A DNA stretch of 60,982 nucleotides from positions 1 to 60,982 of the IMG/VR virus record IMGVR_UViG_3300027749_003742. The stretch is one strand, 5' to 3'. Position 1 is the stretch's first letter. The number at the start of each line of letters is the position of its first letter. The translations under genes were made by a program, and so were the position numbers. A model generated the notes under the pieces. That model was not told the origin of the DNA. It made no database searches and saw only the letters and a program-made list of their open reading frames with translations. This document shows positions 9,965 to 20,413 of this stretch, in pieces. Source of the stretch: a virus (lineage: Duplodnaviria > Caudoviricetes).

Positions 9965-10606
9965 ATGACTGATAAACAAATAGATGGTTTAGAGAGACAC
10001 ATTCTGTCAATGGGTAGGGGTTTATTCGATGAGGTTAAAATAACCGTTAATGAATATAACTGGGTTGATGTGGGGATTTATCTCGATTGGCAATATTTCC
10101 CAAAAAACCATGGTGTTTATAAACTAAAGGATTCTTTTTTAAATAAAGTACATGGTGATATTGATAACTATTTTAAATTGAGTGGGTTAAATCAGCGCAA
10201 ATACATGTTTAATACTGTCAAAAAAAATAATAATTTTGACAAATCATCTACTGAAGAACCGTTAAATGAAATTGAGCGGGATTGGAGAGATAAAGACTAT
10301 ACTGACGAATACCCTAAGTTTAGAGATAAGATGTTACCTATACTTGATAATTTAGTTAAATCGTATGGAGAAGACGATAAAGGTAATCTCTCATTATTTA
10401 AAGATGAAGAAGGGGATAAAGCGGTATTTAACTATCGGTCAATGCCTAAAGAATTGTACTACGATAATAGTATTTCACAGTATTTTACAGATTATTTACC
10501 TTATTATATGTGGGCAAGACATGGAAAATACCTTGTATATGATTATTTTAAATCACAATTTCCTGACGTAGAAGTTAAATATGTCACGCCAGCCAATATT
10601 ATATAA
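9965..10606 (+). CDS. Hypothetical protein
   Basis: TATTTAT upstream; internal PLNE. Confidence 0.6.
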   Translation: MTDKQIDGLERHILSMGRGLFDEVKITVNEYNWVDVGIYLDWQYFPKNHGVYKLKDSFLNKVHGDIDNYFKLSGLNQRKYMFNTVKKNNNFDKSSTEEPLNEIERDWRDKDYTDEYPKFRDKMLPILDNLVKSYGEDDKGNLSLFKDEEGDKAVFNYRSMPKELYYDNSISQYFTDYLPYYMWARHGKYLVYDYFKSQFPDVEVKYVTPANII

Positions 10607-10607
10607 C

Positions 10608-11192
10608 ATGAAAAAACTACTATTATTTTTAACGTTAACCTTTTCTTTAGTTGGTTATTCTCAAAATGACACCATAATTAAACGTGACATCTATACAGTT
10701 AATTACTCTCAAAAATTAAAACAACCTCTTTGGTTAGAGTATGGGTTTACTAATAGAACCTGTAACGCTACCCGAGCAGGACTTGATTTTTACACTGAAA
10801 AAGGTGTAATTACGAGTACTAATGAGGATTATGCGAATAATGATTACGATAAAGGTCATATGGCTCCTGCGGCCGACTTCTGTAAAGATAAGAATTCAAT
10901 GTATCTTACTTTCTCATATTTGAACTGTGCGTTACAACACTATAAATTAAATAGGGGGGTTTGGAAAGAACTTGAAGGGATGGAACGAGAGTGGGCGAAA
11001 ACAGATTCATTGGTTATTAAGATTGAGGTTTTCTTTGGCCCCAAGCCAATTAAAACAAATGGAGGAGCATCAATACCAACGTCATTTAGAAAAACAATTT
11101 TATTCTATAATTCAAAAAAGAAATTGGTTTATGAATTCCCTAACGTCCCTCCGACTAAGAAGTTGGATGAATATTTATTAAAAAATAAATAA
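10608..11192 (+). CDS. Secreted DNA/RNA non-specific endonuclease (NucA/EndoG family)
   Basis: Signal peptide MKKLLLFLTL..GYS; YDKGHMAPAAD; LNRGVWKELE. Confidence 0.9.
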   Translation: MKKLLLFLTLTFSLVGYSQNDTIIKRDIYTVNYSQKLKQPLWLEYGFTNRTCNATRAGLDFYTEKGVITSTNEDYANNDYDKGHMAPAADFCKDKNSMYLTFSYLNCALQHYKLNRGVWKELEGMEREWAKTDSLVIKIEVFFGPKPIKTNGGASIPTSFRKTILFYNSKKKLVYEFPNVPPTKKLDEYLLKNK

Positions 11193-11228
11193 CTTGACTA
11201 TCCTTAAAATTAATTCTATAATTGTTGT

Positions 11229-11585
11229 ATGAAGAAATATCTAACACTTAAAAATTTAGGTTGGGTTATTACAGGTTCAGTTGCGAGTATGTTAGGGATG
11301 TCAGGCATTTCTAAAATCATCGGAACTGAAGAAATGGTTACTAACTTCACGTCTATGAACTTACTTCCTTATCTAGCATTAGTTGGGGTTATGGAAGTTA
11401 TAGGTGTGGGTTTACTAATCGTACCAAAAACTTCTAAGTATGGTGCCTTAGTGTTATCATCTATCATGTCAGGAGCGGTGGCTTTACACCTTTCTTTGAT
11501 GGGTGGAGCGAATTTCATTGTACCTGTTATGCTTGGATTGTTTGCTTGGGCGGGACACTGCTTAAGAAATTACACTGTGAAATAA
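11229..11585 (+). CDS. DoxX-family membrane protein
   Basis: Four hydrophobic segments; SGISK, VGVMEVIG..LLIVPKT, GAVALHL. Confidence 0.8.
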   Translation: MKKYLTLKNLGWVITGSVASMLGMSGISKIIGTEEMVTNFTSMNLLPYLALVGVMEVIGVGLLIVPKTSKYGALVLSSIMSGAVALHLSLMGGANFIVPVMLGLFAWAGHCLRNYTVK

Positions 11586-11655
11586 CACAATTGTTAAAAT
11601 TTGAAAAGTCCCCTGTCATAATTGATTGGGGATTTTTTTATTCCATTTATTTTAT

Positions 11656-11663
11656 TACCTTTG
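11656..11663 (+). promoter_or_regulatory. Bacteroidota -7 promoter element TAnnTTTG (example)
   Basis: TACCTTTG 4 nt before ATG; same element at 26069, 26758, 32309, 49558, 50820, 51258, 54584, 58037, 58870. Confidence 0.75.
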
Positions 11664-11667
11664 TAAC

Positions 11668-12183
11668 ATGAAAATCAACCTAACAAAATATACTATTGAC
11701 GAACTTGTAAAACTTCGTGACCAAATAAATGGTTTAATCTATAATCATAATGACGGATATCTTTATATTTGTTCTGTTCGTCAATTCGGTAGTGTTTGGG
11801 AAGAAAGGCCAAGTAGTTTACATTCTCTTAAAGAATTGTGTGACGAATATCGTGGTGATAACGGTATTGTCGATGTTTATACTAACAACCCAAATCTTAA
11901 ATTTCCTGAAATGGAATTTTATAACTATGGTGACGTTATGTATATTAAATCCGAATACGATTATCGTGAATGGGTAAAATACAATAAAAGTCAAAGATTT
12001 ATTGAGAGTGTTACTGAACAACTTGATAAATGGGATAATAGAATGGACGTTCCGTTTACCTATAGACCTTCGTTTGAACCAATTTGGACAAGAGAAGAAT
12101 TGGGAGAACACGTTTCGGATTTTGAATCAACGAGTTGGGATTTTGTTGCACCCGAACCAATGAAGACATTTGATGAGTATTAA
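11668..12183 (+). CDS. Hypothetical protein
   Basis: ORF directly after TAnnTTTG. Confidence 0.65.
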   Translation: MKINLTKYTIDELVKLRDQINGLIYNHNDGYLYICSVRQFGSVWEERPSSLHSLKELCDEYRGDNGIVDVYTNNPNLKFPEMEFYNYGDVMYIKSEYDYREWVKYNKSQRFIESVTEQLDKWDNRMDVPFTYRPSFEPIWTREELGEHVSDFESTSWDFVAPEPMKTFDEY

Positions 12184-12541
12184 CGATAGAAATATAAAAT
12201 TAATTGAGGATTTTTTTAATCGAGTCTCTAAACCCATTACTTGTAAAGTATTGTCTCAGGGAGGTAAATATTTTATAAATATTGAGAATAGGTACGTCAT
12301 GGTTTATGACCCAAACACTTTTAACCCAACATATAGATTTATGGTTGGAGATAAACTTCACAATATAGGAACTTTTGACAACGATATGTATAAATTGTTA
12401 GATAACTTCCTACCCCATTTATCCGATAAAATTGAAATTTACGCGACTCGGAAAGATTTGGATAACGAAGACGGTACAACACCCCCACTTACGTTGTTAC
12501 CAAATTACTATAAAGAGAACGAACCACACAGAAGTTTTTAA
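12173..12541 (+). CDS. Hypothetical protein
   Basis: ORF overlapping upstream stop. Confidence 0.55.
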   Translation: MSINDRNIKLIEDFFNRVSKPITCKVLSQGGKYFINIENRYVMVYDPNTFNPTYRFMVGDKLHNIGTFDNDMYKLLDNFLPHLSDKIEIYATRKDLDNEDGTTPPLTLLPNYYKENEPHRSF

Positions 12542-12561
12542 ATTTCAAACTATTTATCTTT

Positions 12562-13173
12562 ATGCAGGATAAAATAAAACAGATACTTAGAGAATATTCC
12601 GACTTAAAGGAGATTGGTTATGATGATATCAAACCATCTGAGAAAACGGTTAAAAGTATTTGTGACGCCAAACAATTTTGTTCTGCCCAAGGACCAATTA
12701 CCTTTGGACAATTAAAAGCGATTGTGGAGTCTGCAATGGGTAAAAGAATAGGTCTTCACGTAGGTGAAGGTGCCTACAAAGCCACTCTACGTTTAATCCC
12801 TTGGTTTATACCCCAATTGGTTGTTGCGGGATTCATTGGTGCAGGAGTTAGAGCCGCAAGTAAAATATTTAAACCAACGATTACTGAAACTACAAAATAC
12901 AAAACTTGGTGGGGAAGAACAATCCTAATGTTATTCAACATCACTGAAGGAGAATTAAATCCTAGAGACCCTTTTAGTAGAATATTTTTTATTAGTGACG
13001 GTCTAATGAATATGATGGACGATGAAAATAAAGTTAAATTTGCCAGACACATTTCTGAGGTCGCATCGACTAAAGAAGATAGTGACCCTGTTCCTGAGTT
13101 CTTTGTTGAGAACGAATTAAGACGATGGGTTAATAAACGTTTTTTATTGGACCCACCATTACCTTTAAAATAG
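12562..13173 (+). CDS. Hypothetical protein with IKQILRE leader
   Basis: TATTTAT upstream; central hydrophobic segment. Confidence 0.65.
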   Translation: MQDKIKQILREYSDLKEIGYDDIKPSEKTVKSICDAKQFCSAQGPITFGQLKAIVESAMGKRIGLHVGEGAYKATLRLIPWFIPQLVVAGFIGAGVRAASKIFKPTITETTKYKTWWGRTILMLFNITEGELNPRDPFSRIFFISDGLMNMMDDENKVKFARHISEVASTKEDSDPVPEFFVENELRRWVNKRFLLDPPLPLK

Positions 13174-13177
13174 AACT

Positions 13178-13507
13178 ATGAAATATCTAATCAACGAAAA
13201 TAAATTAACCGAGACTATAGAATCATATATTCTTAAGAACTACCCTGAGGTCGCTAAAGTCTATTTTACAAAACAAGGTGTTCATTTGGCATCAGGTGAT
13301 TTTGAAAAAGAGGAGGATAGAAAAATTATTTGTACCGTAATTAATGTCGTATTGGACAATATGGACGGCAAATATAAGGAACACCAATTATGGGATATGT
13401 CAATACCAATTAGAGGAAATGTCGATTCAATGTTTGGGTTATCAACCCAAGAATATGGTTCTAAATGGGATTTTAAGTTTAAACAATTAGGGATTGTTGA
13501 TTTGTAA
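13178..13507 (+). CDS. Hypothetical protein with MKYLINENKL leader
   Basis: Leader motif. Confidence 0.6.
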   Translation: MKYLINENKLTETIESYILKNYPEVAKVYFTKQGVHLASGDFEKEEDRKIICTVINVVLDNMDGKYKEHQLWDMSIPIRGNVDSMFGLSTQEYGSKWDFKFKQLGIVDL

Positions 13508-13547
13508 ACATGGTTTACATAACTCATCAATAATTTATCTTTTCCTT

Positions 13548-14222
13548 ATGATTTCAGTACTAACTCTTACCTATCAGAGACAACCTCTATTGGAGGAATC
13601 GATACAGTCTTTTTTATTACAAAACAACTCGACATCCGAAATGGTAATCATTAATGACTATCCTGATGTTGAATATGTTTTTGACCACCCACAAATTAAA
13701 ATTTATAATTGTTCTGAGAGGTTCTCGTCAATCTCTGAAAAATTAAGATGGGGATTTAGTCAGTGTAAATTTGATTACATTTATAGATTAGATGACGATG
13801 ACTTATTGGCACCAAACGCATTAAAATTAACCGAGGACGATATTAAAAATCGACCTGGATATGAGATATATCGTAGTAATAACCACTATTATTTTGAAAA
13901 TAATAAGTATGTTAAAATTAGTGGTATGGTTAATAATGGTAACGTGTATACCAAATCATATTTAAATAGAATCACATTCCCTGATAAGAGTTGGGGAGAG
14001 GACTTCGACATCACCTTCAAGAATAACGCAAAGATATTTGACGCCAATAGAAACCCGACCATGATTTATAGATGGGGAATGTCCACATACCATATTTCAG
14101 GAATGGGGGACAGACCAAATAATGAACTATATGAATGGGCAGATAGATTGGGGACAAAATCTTCGGGGAAAGTAGTATTGGTTCCTCGATTTGAACACGA
14201 TTATTATTCTATGTTACCATAA
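13548..14222 (+). CDS. Glycosyltransferase family 2
   Basis: ISVLTLTYQR, LEESIQSFL, IIND, RLDDDD, GED. Confidence 0.85.
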   Translation: MISVLTLTYQRQPLLEESIQSFLLQNNSTSEMVIINDYPDVEYVFDHPQIKIYNCSERFSSISEKLRWGFSQCKFDYIYRLDDDDLLAPNALKLTEDDIKNRPGYEIYRSNNHYYFENNKYVKISGMVNNGNVYTKSYLNRITFPDKSWGEDFDITFKNNAKIFDANRNPTMIYRWGMSTYHISGMGDRPNNELYEWADRLGTKSSGKVVLVPRFEHDYYSMLP

Positions 14223-14272
14223 ATTATGGGATATAGTATTTAATATTAAATAAACTATATTATTATTAAACT

Positions 14273-14458
14273 ATGAACGACCAACAGAAAGCAGACCATT
14301 ACGGAAGACTATTAAATGAACACACTAAGATTGGAAACCAAGTTTCTGAAATCAAAGGTGAGAACATTGAAATGAACGATAGCCAACTCGCAAGAATCAA
14401 ACAACTCCAAACGAGACAAATTCAGATAATGAATACGATTCGCGAGATGTTAAATTAA
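14273..14458 (+). CDS. Small coiled-coil protein
   Basis: ORF followed by terminator at 14462-14488. Confidence 0.6.
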   Translation: MNDQQKADHYGRLLNEHTKIGNQVSEIKGENIEMNDSQLARIKQLQTRQIQIMNTIREMLN

Positions 14459-14547
14459 TTAAATCCCTCTAACAAAGAGGGATTTTTTATTTACGATTTA
14501 TCGTATACATTGAAACCAACTCTACGTTTACTTATATTTATCTATAT

Positions 14548-15045
14548 ATGAGTGAGAATAATTCTTTATCTTCAAGAGATAATAATTTAACAGAAAAACA
14601 AATACGAGGTATTGACCTTGTTGTAAAATCTGCGTCAAAGAAATATCCATTTATACTTGGGTGGGAATTATTTCCTGATTGGGAAAAATATGACGCACAT
14701 CTTTACATTGATTTATATGTTGATTGGAATCTTATATCACAATATTATAATGAACCAATAAGACCTTTTTACGCTGAACGACCTGAGATTGTATTAGGTA
14801 AAACCTCATCATTATTCTCATACCTTGGTTCTGAATATTCGTGGGAAGATAGTCTTGGCAGAGATAAACATTTCCAAACGGGGTATAACCACGGGGTACA
14901 AATTAAAAATTTAATTATTAATTTATATCAGGCATTACCCGAAGAATATCAAATATATTACAGTCATAACGGTGTGTTAGGTAATTCAAAAACTCTATGT
15001 ACTCTTGCGGTCAATGAATATATTGACATTAATGGAAAAAAATAA
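14548..15045 (+). CDS. Hypothetical protein
   Basis: TATTTAT upstream. Confidence 0.6.
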   Translation: MSENNSLSSRDNNLTEKQIRGIDLVVKSASKKYPFILGWELFPDWEKYDAHLYIDLYVDWNLISQYYNEPIRPFYAERPEIVLGKTSSLFSYLGSEYSWEDSLGRDKHFQTGYNHGVQIKNLIINLYQALPEEYQIYYSHNGVLGNSKTLCTLAVNEYIDINGKK

Positions 15046-15393
15046 TTATTTCCATTTAACGGATAATACCGTCACTCTGTAATCCTCACTGAACAATTTA
15101 AATTGAGTCCCAATGTACCCACCAATGGTTGGTTTTAACATTTTATTAACCTTAATTTTATTTTTTTTAAATGTTATAGGGTCAGGTTTGTACCAATAAT
15201 TTCCTAACGTGAAGTATTCACAATTAACCACCTCAACATTAACGAAGTATTCAAATTCAAACCATTGGGACGGAGTTTTTTTTATTGAGGTGATAAGATA
15301 AGAGCCTTTCACATACCCATTATCAAACGGGTATTCTTTCTTTAAGGTGAACTTCTTCAATAATTTAACTCCGTTGTCTTTAATAACCTCCAT
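15046..15393 (-). CDS. Hypothetical protein
   Basis: TATATTTG-N4-ATG on minus strand. Confidence 0.6.
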   Translation of the reverse strand: MEVIKDNGVKLLKKFTLKKEYPFDNGYVKGSYLITSIKKTPSQWFEFEYFVNVEVVNCEYFTLGNYWYKPDPITFKKNKIKVNKMLKPTIGGYIGTQFKLFSEDYRVTVLSVKWK

Positions 15394-15438
15394 TTGACAA
15401 ATATACTAAAAATTATGATATTTATAAAATAAAAAGAA

Positions 15439-15633
15439 ATGAAAAAAGTTGTTAGATTAAACGAAAACGAAATGAAATCTTTAATTAAGAAAGTTGCCGC
15501 AAAGTTAAAAGGGGTTTCCGACAAACAAATTCAATATAATATGGAGAATGATTTACCGTGGGATTGGAAAGGGACTAAGGAAGGTTTTTATGAGAAAATG
15601 GAACCAAGAAAAAAAAGTTCAGGTTCTAATTAA
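15439..15633 (+). CDS. Small protein with MKKVVRLNE leader
   Basis: TATTTAT upstream; leader motif. Confidence 0.6.
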   Translation: MKKVVRLNENEMKSLIKKVAAKLKGVSDKQIQYNMENDLPWDWKGTKEGFYEKMEPRKKSSGSN

Positions 15634-15634
15634 A

Positions 15635-16423
15635 CTATATGTATTGTTCTAAACTATTATAATCAATTAATTTATTTGACCCTTTACCAAACTCAACATC
15701 ACCTTTATCTAAACCAACATAAAGTCTATCACCATTTGACGCTTCGCTAGGTAATTTATCGGTATCACCGTCTAAACTATCAAATATGAAGGTTCTTGAT
15801 GATTTTGTGATTTTATGGTCAATTTCTGATTCCATATCACTTTCCTCATCTTTGGTTTCTAATAAAGAATATATTTTAGTGTCATAACTTACATAGTAAT
15901 CTTGTGTAATAGTCACGTACCCGTATTTAGAAATACTACCTGAACCATCACAGTCATGACATGTCTCATGTCCTTCACCATAACATTGGTTACACTCAAC
16001 TCTACCACCTCCTTGACACGTATCACAGGGTCCTCCACCATCTTCGTCACTTGAATGAATCTCCCCATCACCATCACACTCTTCGCACTCAACTTCACCG
16101 TTACCGTTACATTCATCACATCTGGAACTTCCGTCTCCCCCACATGATTGACATCCCACTTCAGGTTCCTCATCCTCAACCTCAACAGTTGAAAAAACAA
16201 ACATGTTCCCAATAATTTGTTCATACAAACTACTAATATCTTCAGTTCTATTTAAACCATTAATTAAAAATGATAGTACGATTATTTGTTTACCCGTTAA
16301 AAGATTTCTAATTGGTTCGTAATGAGCATCATCTAAAATTAATTGGCAAATGACCGATGGAGTCTTGGTCCTTAACGAAGGATGTAATTTTTTTGCTAAT
16401 AAAAGTAATTTATTTGGTTCCAT
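15635..16423 (-). CDS. Protein with DnaJ-type zinc-finger repeats
   Basis: Six CxxCxGxG repeats; no J-domain HPD. Confidence 0.75.
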   Translation of the reverse strand: MEPNKLLLLAKKLHPSLRTKTPSVICQLILDDAHYEPIRNLLTGKQIIVLSFLINGLNRTEDISSLYEQIIGNMFVFSTVEVEDEEPEVGCQSCGGDGSSRCDECNGNGEVECEECDGDGEIHSSDEDGGGPCDTCQGGGRVECNQCYGEGHETCHDCDGSGSISKYGYVTITQDYYVSYDTKIYSLLETKDEESDMESEIDHKITKSSRTFIFDSLDGDTDKLPSEASNGDRLYVGLDKGDVEFGKGSNKLIDYNSLEQYI

Positions 16424-16458
16424 AATTAATAAATATAAATATAATTGTATTTATAAGT

Positions 16459-16677
16459 ATGAACAAAAATTATGACTTCACGTCTCTAATAAAAGATATT
16501 GTAAATTCTTCGTCATTGGATGACTTGAGAGAGTGTGTGGTTAAAGGAAATGAGTTCTTAACAAACTACAATTTATCGGAAAATAGTGACGAGTTCAAAA
16601 AGTTAACGACTATCGTAAAGTTGGTGATACTATTACCTATGTCTATAAAAGAGGAAAACTGTAATATTTATTACTAA
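16459..16677 (+). CDS. Hypothetical protein
   Basis: TATTTAT upstream. Confidence 0.5.
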   Translation: MNKNYDFTSLIKDIVNSSSLDDLRECVVKGNEFLTNYNLSENSDEFKKLTTIVKLVILLPMSIKEENCNIYY

Positions 16678-16688
16678 AGATTTACAAC

Positions 16689-17009
16689 ATGATTAATAGA
16701 AAAACAAAACAAATACGAGAGGCCAATCTTATATTAGAAAAAAGATATCTTAATGAACAAGTTACCGCCACACCTGTAACACCACCATCCGCAACAACAA
16801 CTCCTTCATCGGCATCAACAAGTCCCGTGGTAACGACTACAACAACAGTAAAAAAAATGTCGGAGACTGATTTAAAAAGTTTACGAGATTGTTCAGGATT
16901 TAATTCAGGTAAATTAACGGGCGGACTAACAATCGGTTCGACTGAAAACAACTATGTTATTTTCAATTTAAATGGTAAACCTTTTTGTAAAAAACAAGAA
17001 ACAAAATAA
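16689..17009 (+). CDS. Putative virion protein with Thr/Pro-rich linker
   Basis: ..ILEKRYLNEQ leader, then T/P/S-rich tract. Confidence 0.6.
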   Translation: MINRKTKQIREANLILEKRYLNEQVTATPVTPPSATTTPSSASTSPVVTTTTTVKKMSETDLKSLRDCSGFNSGKLTGGLTIGSTENNYVIFNLNGKPFCKKQETK

Positions 17010-17010
17010 T

Positions 17011-17038
17011 AAAAAAACCCCAACTAAGGGGTTTTTTT
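17011..17038. terminator. Bidirectional terminator
   Basis: A7-CCCC..GGGG-T7 between convergent genes. Confidence 0.85.
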
Positions 17039-17040
17039 AT

Positions 17041-17280
17041 TTATAGACTATAAACTTCTCTAAACTTAACTCCTAACAAGTCTTTAGCTTTAGATACCGC
17101 TAAATCTTTTGTTTTCAATCCCCTCTCAACCAATTTCTTAGAATGATAAACACAATAGTCAGTTGAGCTAACCTCCATTTTTTCTCCTCGACCTGAAGCT
17201 TTTTTCATCGAATCTTTTGCGTAAACATCGTAGAAACCAACTTTACAGATGTAACGACCTTTTTGAGTGTCTTTTGCCAT
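17041..17280 (-). CDS. Small basic hypothetical protein
   Basis: ORF. Confidence 0.6.
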   Translation of the reverse strand: MAKDTQKGRYICKVGFYDVYAKDSMKKASGRGEKMEVSSTDYCVYHSKKLVERGLKTKDLAVSKAKDLLGVKFREVYSL

Positions 17281-17318
17281 TTTTTCTTTTTTTTTTGTTA
17301 TGTTAATATATAAATTGT

Positions 17319-17729
17319 TTAGTAATACATTTGGAACGTGAACACAGTATTTCCGTTAACTCGTTTAATAAATACGATACATTTAGGGTTAGGTAATGTG
17401 TCTGTACCGACTTTTAAAATTTCAACACCATCCTCAATTCCATCAGTGAATTTCCAAGAAACCTTTAGTGACGGGGAAATCTCATCACTTGACATTTGTC
17501 TAACAAACTCGTTGTCACACCACTCAACAGAATCCATTTTAAGACCAAGTGATGATAAACACCCCAAATATAGATTTTGTTCTGATGGAGTTAACTTAAC
17601 AAATAATTCATTAGTCATTCTACCCCCAAATCGGAAATCAGAGTCGTTAACTGTTGATACTGAAACTACTTGACCAAAACTAGATAATGTCAAGATTACT
17701 GATACTATAATTACGATTAATTTTTTCAT
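17319..17729 (-). CDS. Exported hypothetical protein
   Basis: Signal peptide ending SFG-Q (Bacteroidota Q rule); TATCTTTG-N4-ATG. Confidence 0.65.
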   Translation of the reverse strand: MKKLIVIIVSVILTLSSFGQVVSVSTVNDSDFRFGGRMTNELFVKLTPSEQNLYLGCLSSLGLKMDSVEWCDNEFVRQMSSDEISPSLKVSWKFTDGIEDGVEILKVGTDTLPNPKCIVFIKRVNGNTVFTFQMYY

Positions 17730-17790
17730 ACAACAAAGATATGAGGTTTATTTCTATTTTCCAAATATTTATTATTAAAACTTCTAATAG

Positions 17791-18378
17791 ATGAAAAAAA
17801 TTATAAGATTATCGGAATCTGACTTATATAGAATAGTTAAAAAAGTGATTAAGGAACAGTCTGAATTTGACCCTAAAACCGCATCATATTTTGCTGCGGC
17901 AACTAACGACTTAAGTCCTAAACCCGCATTATATTTTGTTAAAGAAGGTGATAGTTATCAAGCTTGGGTTGAGATAAAGACACGTACTTCTGCCAGAAAC
18001 GCGTACTTATCAATAGGGTTATTACCAAAGGCGGAAACACTTACCGCGACAATTGACGATGGTAATAAAATAGTTTTAACTGGTCCCTCAGTTATTGCGA
18101 ATAAGATTTACGGTGAAATGTATGGTAGTACAACAGGCGTTGCGGTCGTATTCAATGGGGAGCCGTACTTGGCAAATATGATTTTATCAGGGGTTGTTCC
18201 TGACGCTGAAACCGCGATAAAAGAACAAGGTATGAAACCTGTCGAGCCAAAACCTGGTAATCAAATAACAAAAGATAAGTCTTTTTTTATTACGGTAAAA
18301 CCAAATGTTAACAGAGGTAATTATGGTAAAGGGAGTGGAATTAATTTGGTCTCAACTCACGAAGTCCAAGCGGTCTAA
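17791..18378 (+). CDS. Putative virion-internal protein with RLSESDL leader
   Basis: TATTTAT upstream; MKKIIRLSESDLYRIVKKVIKEQ. Confidence 0.65.
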   Translation: MKKIIRLSESDLYRIVKKVIKEQSEFDPKTASYFAAATNDLSPKPALYFVKEGDSYQAWVEIKTRTSARNAYLSIGLLPKAETLTATIDDGNKIVLTGPSVIANKIYGEMYGSTTGVAVVFNGEPYLANMILSGVVPDAETAIKEQGMKPVEPKPGNQITKDKSFFITVKPNVNRGNYGKGSGINLVSTHEVQAV

Positions 18379-18415
18379 TCTTTCCTTTTAAATTAAAAAG
18401 AAGTATATTTTTCCA

Positions 18416-18670
18416 ATGAAACAAGAGTTTGTTGAAAAAATGTTAACGTCTTTATTTCCTAAGTCCAAATTAAAAATTGTCTCCTATACATTAATGGATA
18501 GACAACAATTGAATGAGAGTGGTGAGTGGATTAAGGATACTCCCGCAATTTTTATAGATATAACTTTTCCCGAGAATAGTGAAACTAATGAGGTTCTTAA
18601 AGACCTTTATTTAACTGATTACTTATCAAACATGACGGGGTTTGAATTTGCGGTAACTAAGGTACAATAA
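18416..18670 (+). CDS. Hypothetical protein
   Basis: ORF. Confidence 0.6.
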   Translation: MKQEFVEKMLTSLFPKSKLKIVSYTLMDRQQLNESGEWIKDTPAIFIDITFPENSETNEVLKDLYLTDYLSNMTGFEFAVTKVQ

Positions 18671-18720
18671 CTATTGTTTAATTCTAATCTTTTTACTACT
18701 TTTGTGAAAACTAATATTCC

Positions 18721-19170
18721 ATGAAAAAAAGTATTCTATTTTTAATTTTATCGGTAATTCTATTTTCTTGCCAGAAAGAAGAATTAACCCCAAACAATAA
18801 TAACAATCAACCAATAGTTGTTCCTCCTTATACGGGACCGACAACGACTCCTCAAACCATTGTAGGTCAGACATGGGTAATCACTCAGTACAGAGTTGGA
18901 CAATACGGAACAATTTTACCATTAAACGATACTTTAACTTTTGATAATAATACAAATTATCATTATAATTCTTTTACCTCCACATATAGTTTCTATTCTA
19001 CGGGGTCGGTTTATAATTTAACAATGAATTATACTCCGTTTGGTAATTTAAGTGGTAACATAAACGATAATAATATTATTTTGGGGAGTATCCTTGGGAC
19101 TCGATTTGTCGATATCTCAATTGGGTCATCTAATACTACAGAATATTATTTATGGATGGAAAAATTATAA
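18721..19170 (+). CDS. Lipoprotein (lipocalin-like beta protein)
   Basis: LFSC lipobox followed by QKEE; IVGQTWVIT. Confidence 0.7.
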   Translation: MKKSILFLILSVILFSCQKEELTPNNNNNQPIVVPPYTGPTTTPQTIVGQTWVITQYRVGQYGTILPLNDTLTFDNNTNYHYNSFTSTYSFYSTGSVYNLTMNYTPFGNLSGNINDNNIILGSILGTRFVDISIGSSNTTEYYLWMEKL

Positions 19171-19174
19171 CAAG

Positions 19175-19618
19175 ATGAGTGACGAAGAAACAAACAAGAA
19201 TAATATGAAAGGAACATTACATAAAACAAATCGTGGGTGGATAGTAAAGCAAGTGATTAAGGAAGGTCCACAAGCTAGACTAGTCAACCAGTATCCATTA
19301 GTAGACAATGGACATATAATCGATAAGCATAGGCAAATAACCTCGTTCAATTGTGAAGGATTAGAAGTAGATTTTGAAATACTCACTGATTATGATAACA
19401 ACGGACCTGAACACTTTCCTAAATTTGCAAAGTTAATTACACCTGAAGAATCTGAATTACGAGATTGGGACGTTACTTTAATGGATGGTTTAGAAAATGA
19501 GCCATACATTTCAGATGACTTTAATACAGAAGAAGAGGCTGAACAAGCAAGACGAAAATACGGATATACTAGCGATAATTACTACGTAGACATTTTAAAA
19601 TATGAACAACCTAGATAA
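19175..19618 (+). CDS. Hypothetical protein
   Basis: ORF with DWDVTLMDGLE. Confidence 0.55.
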   Translation: MSDEETNKNNMKGTLHKTNRGWIVKQVIKEGPQARLVNQYPLVDNGHIIDKHRQITSFNCEGLEVDFEILTDYDNNGPEHFPKFAKLITPEESELRDWDVTLMDGLENEPYISDDFNTEEEAEQARRKYGYTSDNYYVDILKYEQPR

Positions 19619-19674
19619 AGAAAAATAATTGTAATTCTTTTAGTTTTTTTCTTTTAGTTATATATTTATTATAA

Positions 19675-19845
19675 ATGGGACGATTAAAAAAATACAAAAC
19701 AGAACAAGAAAGAGTTGAAGTACAACGTCTTTGGGCTAAAGAGTATTACTATCGTAACAAGGAAAAGATAAATAAAAAAACAATGGAGAAATATTATGAA
19801 CTACGAAAGAATATACACCCAAATAATAGAAAGAGCGAAGAATAG
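19675..19845 (+). CDS. Small basic protein overlapping the HNH endonuclease start (not in ORF track)
   Basis: MGRLKKYKTEQERVE..YYYRNKEKI; TATTTAT upstream. Confidence 0.55.
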   Translation: MGRLKKYKTEQERVEVQRLWAKEYYYRNKEKINKKTMEKYYELRKNIHPNNRKSEE

Positions 19846-20413
19846 GGTGTTAGATTGCTATACTGAAAAACATCACATTCTTCCTCGTTGTATAGGTGGT
19901 ACTGATGGGAAAGATAATTTAGTTAGATTAACTGCACGTGAACATTTTATATGTCATAAATTACTAGTTCATATTTATCCCAATAATAAGTTAAAGTTTG
20001 CTCTGTGGTCTATGTGTAGGCGTACCAATAAGCAAAATAGACACATACTTAGTTCTAGAGAGTATGAATCAATCAAATTATTATGGGTTGATTTGAATTC
20101 AAAAAGAATACGAACACAGGAAGAGAGAAAGAAAATGAGCGATTCAAGAAAAGGTATAGTTTTTTCAGACGAAACAAAATTAAAAATGAGTAAGGCAAGA
20201 AGTAGTCAGAAAGATTCACTTGAAAGAATAAAAAAACGAGCAGAGTCTATATCAAAAGTAAAAAAAGGGAATCCACTAACTGACCTACACAAACAGGCAT
20301 TAAAAAAACCAAAAAACAAAATTAAAAATTGTTCAACGTGCCAAATATGTGGTATATATACAACAAAAACAGTAATAAGTAGAAATCATGGAAAAGATAA
20401 ATGTAAAAAATAA
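19796..20413 (+). mobile_element. HNH homing endonuclease with NUMOD3-like repeats
   Basis: EKHHILPRCIGGTD..NLVRLTAREHFICHKLL; SDETKLKMS repeats. Confidence 0.9.

Noticed and set aside
19629-20387. Group I intron in thyA
   Set aside because: Flanks are unstructured AT-rich DNA with no P/Q/R/S core, and thyA has its own ATG
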